NCBI GenBank assembly: GCA_004298045.1
Contig: SCRM01000022.1
Location: 12,267-76,266, forward strand
Length of the DNA: 64,000 nt
Origin: Rhodanobacter sp.
GTDB taxonomy: Bacteria > Pseudomonadota > Gammaproteobacteria > Xanthomonadales > Rhodanobacteraceae
Direction: 5' to 3'
The translations under genes and the position numbers were made by a program. The first letter of the stretch is position 1, and every line of letters starts with the position of its first letter. Of the stretch, positions 30,956 through 44,104 are shown in pieces. The notes beneath the pieces are model-generated. The model worked only from the letters and a program-made list of their open reading frames with translations, made no database searches and was not told where the DNA came from.

Positions 30956-33919
30956 ATGCTGATGAAACGCAATTTGCTCGCGATGGCGCTGCTTGCCGCG
31001 AGCATCGGTGCCACCGCCGGGGCCATCGCCGCACCGGCACCGGCGCAAACCGCGCAGGACCAGGCGCAGGACACCACCACGCCCGCCACGACCAAGAAGG
31101 CCGCCAAGAAGGCCGACGACACCACTAAGGGGAAAACCCAGGAAATGTCGGCGGTGACGGTCAACGGCTTCGTCAGCTCGATCGAGAACGCCACCGCGCT
31201 CAAGCACAATGCCAGCACCATCGTCGAGGCGGTTTCCGCCGAGCAGGTCGGCAAGCTGCCGGGCGTGTCGATCGCCGATTCGCTGGGCCGCCTGCCCGGC
31301 CTTGCGGTGCAGACCATGAACGGTCGCCCGCAGGTGCTCACCATCCACGGCTTGGGGCCCGACTTCTCCACCGCGCTGGTCAACGGCGGCCAGCAGGTGT
31401 CCACCTCCAACAACCGCGACGTGCAGTTCGACCAGTACCCGTCGAGCTGGTTCGACAACGTGGTGGTGCACATCTCGCCGGAGGCCAACCTGATCGGCCA
31501 GGGCCTCGCCGGCACGGTCGACATGCACACCATCCGCCCGCTGGAAAAGAATGGCATGGAAGCGGCATTCAACGCGCACTACATCTGGAACGACATGTCC
31601 GAGCTGTCGCCCGGACGCGGCGTGAGCAACACCGGCTACAACGTCAACGGCGTGTGGGTGAACCAGTTTGCCGACCACACCATCGGCGTCACGCTGGGCG
31701 TCGACCTCGAGAACAACCCGACCCAGATCCAGCACCAGGCGCCGTGGGGCTATCCGAACGACCAGAACGGCGACCTCGTCGTCGGCGGTGCGAAGAACTT
31801 CGGCATCACCGACTCGATGAAGCGCAACGGTCTGCTGGCCACCCTGCAGTGGCAGCCGAACGAGTTCTACACCGGCACGCTCGACTTGACCTATGACGCG
31901 TTCAAGGAAGTACAGCAGGCCAAGGGCATCGAGTTCCCGCTGTGGTGGGGCAACAGTGATATCAAACCCGGCCCGGCGGTGGTCCCCGGCAACGTCGTTG
32001 ACGGCTTCGTACAGAGCGGCACCTACCAGAACATCAACCCGGTCGTGCGCAACGACTACAACAGCACCACGGCACGCGTCTACAACCTCAACTTCGACAA
32101 CAAGTTCACCATCAACGAGAACTGGACGATCAACGCGGTCGCCAACTACTCGCGCGCCACCCGGCGCGACATCAACCTCGAAAGCTACTCGGGCACCGGC
32201 TACTACTACGGTTCGGACGCGCATCTGAACGCAGATGGCAATGTGGTGGGCAGCGGCGATCGCCCCAGCGATACCCTCGGGTTCTCCGAGCTCGGCAACG
32301 GCATGCTCTATGTCAACCCGACGCTCGATTACACCAACGGCATGGTACTGACCGATCCGCAGGGGTGGGGTCGCAGCAACCACTTGGTGCAGGCCGGCTT
32401 CATCAACGCCCCGCGCACGGTCGACTGGCTGGCGAACTTCCGCCTCGCCGCGGTGCGCAGCTTTGCCAGCGGCCCGTTCTCCAGCATGGAGTTCGGCGTG
32501 GCGCACAGCCAGCGTGACAAGACCTACCACATCGACCAGACCTTCCTGACTTTGGGTGGGGGGAGCTTCACCGCTACAAACAGCCCAACTCTGAACGCCC
32601 CATTCTCCGGCACCTCGTGCAGCCCGCTGGCCTGGATGGGCGTGCCTTCGCAGCTTTGCTACAACCCGTTTGCGCTGATCGGCAACGGCACCCTGGTCGG
32701 CGTACCGACCTTCGGCTCCTCGCTGCAGATGCCGCCGAACTGGAAGACGCGCGAGAAGGTGCTGACGCCATACGTGCAGTTCAACCTCGACACCATGCTC
32801 GGCAACGTCAGCCTGCGCGGCAACTTCGGCGTGCAGATGCAGCACACCTCGCAGGATGCCATCGGCGAGCGCGTCGCACCGGGCAGCGCGATCACCGGCA
32901 ACGCCATCACGCTGATCCCGGTCACCGGCCACACCAGCTACAACAAGTACTTGCCCAGCGCCAACCTGATCTTCGGTTTCAGCGACAACGATGACCTGCG
33001 CGTCAGCGCCGCCCGCACCCTGGCCCGCCCGCGCATGGACCAGATGAACGCGAGCATGGGGGTGAGCGGCAACATCCTGCATCTCACTAACACTGACCCC
33101 AACTTGGCGTACTTCAGCGCCTCGGGCGGCAACGCCAAGCTCAAGCCGACGATGGCGGACAACTACAACGTCAGCTACGAGCACTACTTCTCCGGCGGCA
33201 ACGGCTACGAGTGCAGCAGCACCGATGCGAAGAACTCCGACCTGTGCCGCACTGGCGGTGGCGGCTACTTTGCGGTGTCCGGGTACTACATCAAGCTGAA
33301 GGACTACATCAACCCGAACTCGGCCTACCTGTACGACTTCAGCTCGTTCCTGCCGTTCGGCCTGACCCCGTCGGATCTGGCACAGCTCGGCACCACGAAG
33401 GGCGTCGTCTCCGGCCCGACCAACGAAGGCCGCGGCTACGTGAAGGGCCTGCAGGGCACCTTGAACCTGCCGTTCAACCTGCTCACCCCGACCCTGAACG
33501 GTTTCGGTTTGATCCTCACCGGCAACCGCACCAAGAGCTCGCTGGTGTACCCCGGCAACCCGACGCCGATCACCGTGCCGGGCCTGTCCAAGTGGGTCGC
33601 CAACGGCACGCTGTACTACCAGCATGGCGGCTTCGAGGCGCGTGTGAGCGACAGCTACCGCTCCAACTTCCTGGGCGAAGTGTCCGGCATCAGCGCCTCG
33701 CGCATCGAGCAGACGCTGAAGGGCGGCAGCACCTACGACGCACAGGTGAGCTACACCTTTGAAAGCGGCACGTTCAAGGGGCTGACCTTGATTGCGCAGG
33801 GCTCCAACCTGTCCAACAAGATCTTCACCACGTTCCAGAACAACGACCCGCGCCAGGTGCAGATGTGGGAACGCTACGGCCGCCGCTACGATCTGGGCGT
33901 GTCGTACAAGTTCCAATAA
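30956..33919 (+). CDS. TonB-dependent receptor (MalA-like, maltodextrin)
   Basis: Signal peptide; plug VEAVSAEQVGKLPG.SIA.SL.RLPG; terminal GRRYDLGVSYKF; RBS GGGGAG; 987 aa. Confidence 0.95.
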   Translation: MLMKRNLLAMALLAASIGATAGAIAAPAPAQTAQDQAQDTTTPATTKKAAKKADDTTKGKTQEMSAVTVNGFVSSIENATALKHNASTIVEAVSAEQVGKLPGVSIADSLGRLPGLAVQTMNGRPQVLTIHGLGPDFSTALVNGGQQVSTSNNRDVQFDQYPSSWFDNVVVHISPEANLIGQGLAGTVDMHTIRPLEKNGMEAAFNAHYIWNDMSELSPGRGVSNTGYNVNGVWVNQFADHTIGVTLGVDLENNPTQIQHQAPWGYPNDQNGDLVVGGAKNFGITDSMKRNGLLATLQWQPNEFYTGTLDLTYDAFKEVQQAKGIEFPLWWGNSDIKPGPAVVPGNVVDGFVQSGTYQNINPVVRNDYNSTTARVYNLNFDNKFTINENWTINAVANYSRATRRDINLESYSGTGYYYGSDAHLNADGNVVGSGDRPSDTLGFSELGNGMLYVNPTLDYTNGMVLTDPQGWGRSNHLVQAGFINAPRTVDWLANFRLAAVRSFASGPFSSMEFGVAHSQRDKTYHIDQTFLTLGGGSFTATNSPTLNAPFSGTSCSPLAWMGVPSQLCYNPFALIGNGTLVGVPTFGSSLQMPPNWKTREKVLTPYVQFNLDTMLGNVSLRGNFGVQMQHTSQDAIGERVAPGSAITGNAITLIPVTGHTSYNKYLPSANLIFGFSDNDDLRVSAARTLARPRMDQMNASMGVSGNILHLTNTDPNLAYFSASGGNAKLKPTMADNYNVSYEHYFSGGNGYECSSTDAKNSDLCRTGGGGYFAVSGYYIKLKDYINPNSAYLYDFSSFLPFGLTPSDLAQLGTTKGVVSGPTNEGRGYVKGLQGTLNLPFNLLTPTLNGFGLILTGNRTKSSLVYPGNPTPITVPGLSKWVANGTLYYQHGGFEARVSDSYRSNFLGEVSGISASRIEQTLKGGSTYDAQVSYTFESGTFKGLTLIAQGSNLSNKIFTTFQNNDPRQVQMWERYGRRYDLGVSYKFQ

Positions 33920-33926
33920 GCACCGG

Positions 33927-33987
33927 GGAACGTGGGCGGTGGGAACCCAAGCGGCTGTGGCTACTTGCTTTCCACCGTCCACGCTCC
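33927..33987 (+). repeat. Long intercistronic stem-loop after the TBDR gene
   Basis: 33927-33945 pairs with 33969-33987 (one mismatch, two G-U pairs). Confidence 0.6.
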
Positions 33988-34007
33988 TACCGCTTGATCC
34001 TCCCCTC

Positions 34008-34045
34008 ATGCCCCGTCGTGCAAGTTTCGGCGGGGCATTCTTTTT
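34008..34045 (+). terminator. Rho-independent terminator
   Basis: atgccccgtcg / cggcggggcat stem followed by tcttttt. Confidence 0.8.
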
Positions 34046-34063
34046 GTAGCGTCCGGAGTTGCC

Positions 34064-35640
34064 ATGACCTGCCGTCTCGTTCCGACCCTGCTCGCCGCGC
34101 TGCTCGCGCTCGGCATCGCCGCACCTGCCGTGGCGGCCCCCGCCACGCCGACCGCACCATCCACTTCGGCCCCCGCCAACTCCGGCGTGTGGTACGAGGT
34201 TTTCGTGCGCAGCTGGTATGACACCAACGGCGACGGCATCGGCGACTTGAACGGCGTCACCGCCAAGCTCGATTACCTGAAGTCGCTCGGTGTCTCCGGC
34301 ATCTGGCTCACGCCGATCAACCCCTCGCCGAGCTACCACGGCTACGACGTCACCAACTACGAGGCGGTGAACCCGCAGTTCGGCACGCTGGCGGATTTCC
34401 GCAAGCTCACCACCGCCGCGCACGCACGCGGCATCCGCGTCATCGTGGATCTGGTCGCCAACCACAGCAGCAACGAGCACCCGTGGTTCAAGGCCGCGCA
34501 AGACCCGCGCGACGCGCACCACGACTGGTACGTGTGGGCAAACCAGTACACCGACCTCGACACCCTGAGCGCCACCGGCGGGCCGTCGTGGCACGCAGCG
34601 CCGGACGGCAAGCGCCATTACCTCGGCATCTTCGTCGCGCAAATGCCGGATCTCAACTACGACAACCCGGCCGTGCGCAGCGCGATGATCGACGTCGGCA
34701 AGTTCTGGCTGAAACAGGGCGCCGACGGCTTCCGGCTGGATGCCGCGCGGCATCTGTACGACAACTTCGCCTCCGACGACGACAACCCGCAGGCGCTGGC
34801 GAAGAACCTCGCGTTCTGGAATGAATTCCGCCGCGGCATCGACCACGTCGATCCGCACGCCTATCTCGTCGGCGAGGTAACGCGACCGCTCGCCTCAGAG
34901 CTCGCGCCGTGGTTCAAGCCGCTGGATGCCGCGTTCAATTTCCCGCTCGCCATCGAGCTCATCAAGGCCGCCGGCAGCGAGCGCAACCAGAGCCTCGCCG
35001 CCACGCTGGAACACACCTATGCGCGCTACCGCGCGGTGACCGGCGGCAGCGCGATCAAGGATGCGCCGTTCCTCTCCAACCACGACCAGGAGCGGGTGAT
35101 GAGCCAGCTCGCCGGCAACGCCGCACACATGCGCACGGCGGCCGCGATGCTGCTCACCCTGCCCGGCCAGCCGTACATCTACTACGGCGAGGAGCTGGGC
35201 ACGCTGGGCAAGAAGCCCGACCCCGCGCTGCGCGAGCCGATGCGCTGGGAACGTGCCACCACCGCCAAGGGCGAAACCACGTGGGAGGCGGTCGATCCGG
35301 CGAACGGGCCGGCCATTTCGGTGCAGGCGCAAGCGGATGATCCGCAGTCGCTGCTCAACCGCTACCGCACACTGATCCACTGGCGCATCGCGGTACCCGC
35401 GCTGCGCGATGGCGGTTTCCGTGCCTACCCGCATGCGAGCGACCATCTGGCCGCGTGGCAACGCACCGCACCCAGCGGTGGCGTGCTGGTGGTGCACAAC
35501 CTCTCCAGCAGTACGCAGACGATGGCGCTCGACGTGCCCGGCGAACCGCATTACGCACGCCTGATCGAACAGACCGGCCCAGGTGCCACCATCCACGGCA
35601 CGACGCTCAGCGTGCCGGCCTACACCAGCGTGGTGCTGCA

Positions 35641-35644
<4 letters not shown>
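34064..35644 (+). CDS. Exported alpha-amylase family protein, GH13
   Basis: Signal peptide; WYEVFVRS..D.NGDGIGD, DLVANH, DGFRLDAARH, FLSNHD, YYGEELG. Confidence 0.92.
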
Positions 35645-40189
<4,545 letters not shown>

Positions 40190-40406
40190 CCGCCGCGGCT
40201 TTGCAAACCGGGCAGTGCGGCCATCCGTGCACACTGCCCCCGGATTGCCGCATGCTGGCCATGCGGCCATCCGGGCCCGCCAACAGGCATGAACGTGCCG
40301 GCGAAAGCACGGCACCCGACCATCGACCGGAACGAGGAACAAGCAACATGAAGAAGACCATGGCAGGCGCCACGCCAATGCCGGCCGATGCGCGGAGGCT
40401 TGCGTC

Positions 40407-42581
40407 ATGATTCTGCTTGGCAGCCTGGCGCTGGCGCTGGCCGCGGGCGCACAACCCCCGCTCTGGCACGATCAACTGCAGTGGCGCGACCAGCGGGCCC
40501 GCATCGAAACCCAGGGGCCGGGTTTCCTGCTGCACGCCGCGCACGGCACACGCGCGATCCCGGCGCCACGCTACACGGTGGCTACGGCAAGCCCACTGTT
40601 CGATGGTCTGTATGCGATGGCGCAGGACGATCTCAAGCAGGATTCGGTCACCGCGATCCGCGACGGCGCGTACGACCACGGCAAGGCCATTGCCTGCGAC
40701 TGCTTTGCGACCGGCGAAAAATGGCCGTACGTGTGGACTCGCGATCTTTCCTATGCGGTCGATCTCGGCCTGTGGCGCTATGACGCCACGCGCGCACGCA
40801 ACGGCCTCCTGTTCAAGCTGTCCGACTCGCGCGTGGCCGGCACGCCGCGCGGGCCGTTCGTGATGCAGGACACCGGCTCGGGCGGCAGCTGGCCGATCAG
40901 CACCGACCGCATCGTGTGGTTTCTCGCCGCGCGCCACCTCGCTGGCGACACCGCGTTTGCCGCCACCACCTGGCAGGCGCTGACCGCGACGCTGGCGCAG
41001 GATCGCGAATACGCATTCGACGCCCGCATGGGCCTGTACCGCGGCGAGACCTCGTTCCTCGATTGGCGCGAGCAGAGCTACCCGGCGTGGACGGCGAACG
41101 ACGTAGTGCCGATCGGCGAGGCGTTCGCACTGTCCACCAACGTGCTGCACTACCAGGCACTGGTGCTTGCCGCGCGCATGGCGGGCGCGCGCCACGATGC
41201 ACGCGCAACGATGTACCAGGCGCAGGCCGATGCGCTGAAGACCGCGATCAATACGCATTTCTGGCAGGCCGGGAGTGGTCTGTACGTGAGCTACCTCGGC
41301 GGCAACGGCCTGCCGTATGCCACCTACGACCTGCTCGGCATCGCGCTGGCGATCGACAGCGGCGTCGCCGACACGGCGCAGGCACGCCAAGCGCTGGCGA
41401 AGTACCCGGCATGGCCGGCCGGCAGCCCGGTGATCTGGCCCGAGCGCAGCGAGCAGCCGATCTACCACAACCGCGCGATCTGGCCGTTCGTCAGCGCCTA
41501 CGCCCTGCGCGCCGCGCGCAAGCTGGACGACCCCGCGCACATCGCGTTCGAGATCGAATCGCTGATGCGCGGCGCCGCGCTGGCCGGCTCCAACATGGAG
41601 AACTACGAGCTGACGACGCAGGCGGTGCACGTGGAGGATGGCAAGCTTTCCGGCCCGGTGGTCAACTCGCCGCGCCAGCTGTGGTCGGTCGCGGGCTATC
41701 TGGCGATGGTGGGCGAAGGCGTGTTCGGGCTGGAAAGTGATGGCCGCATCGCACCCAAGCTGCCGACCGCGCTGGTGCCGATGCTGTTCGGCAACCGCGA
41801 CGCGATCAGCCTCGCCACGCCCGGCCAGCGCATCACGCTGGTGCGGCCGCAAAACCTCGCCGGCAACCTGCTGGTGGCCGACCACGTCGAGCGCCGCGGC
41901 ACCGAGGCACGCGTCACGCTCAAGGCCATCACGGTACTCGCACTCGCGCTGCGCCTGGATGCGCCGCTATACGCGCCGGTTGCACCGGCCACGCCGGCCG
42001 TCACCCGCGCCGGCGCACAGTGGCAGGTGCAGGCCGCCGTGGCCGGCACGCTGTATGAAAACGGCAAGCGCCTGGGCGCCATCGACGGCACGCGCAGTGT
42101 GCCGGCGCGCGCGGCGCTGCAATGCTTCAGCCTCACCACCACCGGCGCGAACGGCCTCGAATCCCTGCCCAGCGCGCCGCGCTGCGTCGGCCCGTTTGCC
42201 GAAGTCGTCGGCGCCTGGCCGCGCGCGTGGACGGCGCCAGCCAACGGCACCTACCAGGTGTCGCTGCGCTACACGAACGACCACGGCCCGATCAACACCG
42301 GCATCACTGCCGCGGTGAAACGTCTGCGGGTCACCTGCGCGGGTGCGCCGCTGCAGGTCGCGACGATGGTGATGCCGCACAGCGTCGGCGCGGAGGATTC
42401 GACCACCGCGCGCTTCGACGCCAAGGCCGGCGCGCGCTGCACGTTCGCGCTCGACGACGGCTTCAACATGAGCTACCTCGCGCACAACGCGCACTACACC
42501 GGCGGCAGCGGCGGTGCGGGCGGGCCACTGAACGAGGCCACGATCGGCGCGCTGCGCATCGTGCCGCTGGAGGGCGAATGA
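40407..42581 (+). CDS. Six-hairpin glycosidase-like (MGH1/glycogen debranching-like) protein
   Basis: YVWTRD.SY, QDTGSGGSWP.STDR.VW, GETSFLDWREQ, YHNRAIWPFV, NMENY, QLWSVAGY. Confidence 0.8.
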   Translation: MILLGSLALALAAGAQPPLWHDQLQWRDQRARIETQGPGFLLHAAHGTRAIPAPRYTVATASPLFDGLYAMAQDDLKQDSVTAIRDGAYDHGKAIACDCFATGEKWPYVWTRDLSYAVDLGLWRYDATRARNGLLFKLSDSRVAGTPRGPFVMQDTGSGGSWPISTDRIVWFLAARHLAGDTAFAATTWQALTATLAQDREYAFDARMGLYRGETSFLDWREQSYPAWTANDVVPIGEAFALSTNVLHYQALVLAARMAGARHDARATMYQAQADALKTAINTHFWQAGSGLYVSYLGGNGLPYATYDLLGIALAIDSGVADTAQARQALAKYPAWPAGSPVIWPERSEQPIYHNRAIWPFVSAYALRAARKLDDPAHIAFEIESLMRGAALAGSNMENYELTTQAVHVEDGKLSGPVVNSPRQLWSVAGYLAMVGEGVFGLESDGRIAPKLPTALVPMLFGNRDAISLATPGQRITLVRPQNLAGNLLVADHVERRGTEARVTLKAITVLALALRLDAPLYAPVAPATPAVTRAGAQWQVQAAVAGTLYENGKRLGAIDGTRSVPARAALQCFSLTTTGANGLESLPSAPRCVGPFAEVVGAWPRAWTAPANGTYQVSLRYTNDHGPINTGITAAVKRLRVTCAGAPLQVATMVMPHSVGAEDSTTARFDAKAGARCTFALDDGFNMSYLAHNAHYTGGSGGAGGPLNEATIGALRIVPLEGE

Positions 42582-44047
42582 GCACGCGCAAACCCGAGCT
42601 CACGTTCTGGCAAATCTGGAACATGTGCTTCGGGTTCCTTGGCATCCAGTTCGGCTTTGCGCTGCAGAACGCCAACGTCAGCCGCATCTTCCAGACGCTG
42701 GGCGCCGACGTCGACCAGATCCCGGTACTGTGGATCGCCGCACCGCTCACCGGGCTCATCGTGCAGCCGCTGATCGGTTATTTCTCCGACCGCACGTGGT
42801 GCCGGTTCGGTCGCCGGCGGCCGTATTTTCTCGCCGGCGCGCTGCTCGCCACGCTGGCGCTGGTGGCGATGCCGACCTCGCCCACGTTGTGGATCGCGGC
42901 CGGGCTCCTGTGGATCATGGATGCGTCGTTCAACGTGGCGATGGAGCCGTTCCGCGCGTTTGTCGGCGACCAGTTGCCGCCGCGCCAGCGTCCGCTCGGC
43001 TACGCGCTGCAGAGTTTCCTGATCGGCATTGGCGCCGTCATTGCCTCGTTCCTGCCGTGGCTGCTCACCCGCTTCGGCGTCGCCAACACCGCACCGGCCG
43101 GCAGCGTGCCGCACTCGGTGATGTACGCGTTCTGGTTCGGCGCGGTGGTGCTGCTCGGCACCATGCTGTGGACGATCGCGACCACGCGCGAGTACCCCCC
43201 GGAAGAGCTGCACGCGTTTGCCGATGCCGGCCCCGAAGCGCAGGTGGTCGACGTGCGCGACGCGTGGAAGATCGGCGCGCTGTTCCTCGTCGCCGGCCTC
43301 GCGCTCACCGGCGTGATCCACCACTACGCGCTACGCGCGGAGCTGTACCTGCTGGCCGGCGGTCTCGCCGCGGCCGGCCTGCTGTTCGGCTGGCTGGCGC
43401 GCACCCGTACGCGCGGCGCGCTGCGCCAGATCATGGGGGATCTGTATGCGATGCCGCCGCAGATGCGCCGGCTCAACTGGGTGCAGTTTTTCTCGTGGTT
43501 CGCGATGTTCGCGCTGTGGATCAACACCACGCCGGCGGTGGCCGCGCACTTCTACGCCAGCAGCGATCCCACCAGCGCGGCGTACAACGAAGGCGCGAAC
43601 TGGGCCGGCGTGCTGATGGGCACCTACAACGGCGTCGGCGTGCTCGCCGCCTTGCTCATCCCGCCGCTGGTGCGCGCGCTCGGGCTGCGCTGGAGCCACC
43701 TCATCAACCTGTGGCTGGGCGGGCTGGGGCTCATCTCGTTCCTCTTCGTGCGCGATCCGCACTGGCTGATCGCCTCGATGATCGGCGTCGGCTTTGCGTG
43801 GGCGTCGATCCTGTCGCTGCCCTACGCGATGCTGTCGGACAACCTGCCGGCGGCGAAGATGGGCATCTACATGGGCATCTTCAATTTCTTCATCGTGATC
43901 CCGCAGCTGCTCGCCGCCAGCGTGCTGGGCGTGCTGCTGAAATGGTTCTTCCGCGACGACCCGATCTGGGCGCTGGCGCTCGGCGGCGCGAGCCTCCTGC
44001 TTGCCGGCGTGTTCACTCTGCGGGTGCGCGAGGAGCGCGTTCAGTAG
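42578..44047 (+). CDS. MFS (GPH/SLC45-like) maltose/oligosaccharide transporter
   Basis: LTFWQIWNMCFGFLGIQFGFALQ, SDRTW.RFGRRRPY, G.YMGIFNFFIVIPQ. Confidence 0.92.
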   Translation: MSTRKPELTFWQIWNMCFGFLGIQFGFALQNANVSRIFQTLGADVDQIPVLWIAAPLTGLIVQPLIGYFSDRTWCRFGRRRPYFLAGALLATLALVAMPTSPTLWIAAGLLWIMDASFNVAMEPFRAFVGDQLPPRQRPLGYALQSFLIGIGAVIASFLPWLLTRFGVANTAPAGSVPHSVMYAFWFGAVVLLGTMLWTIATTREYPPEELHAFADAGPEAQVVDVRDAWKIGALFLVAGLALTGVIHHYALRAELYLLAGGLAAAGLLFGWLARTRTRGALRQIMGDLYAMPPQMRRLNWVQFFSWFAMFALWINTTPAVAAHFYASSDPTSAAYNEGANWAGVLMGTYNGVGVLAALLIPPLVRALGLRWSHLINLWLGGLGLISFLFVRDPHWLIASMIGVGFAWASILSLPYAMLSDNLPAAKMGIYMGIFNFFIVIPQLLAASVLGVLLKWFFRDDPIWALALGGASLLLAGVFTLRVREERVQ

Positions 44048-44104
44048 CGAGCGGAAGGAACCAGCAAGCGAGACCGCGCCGTCTGGTTTTTGCCGCACGC
44101 TCGC

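Noticed and set aside
30845-34858. Very long antisense ORFs (e.g. 30845-34858, 1886-4750, 4257-6950, 7398-9650, 44090-47002, 40143-41885)
   Set aside because: They lie opposite well-supported genes and have no recognisable motifs. They are expected shadows of GC-rich codon usage, where stops are rare on the antisense strand.
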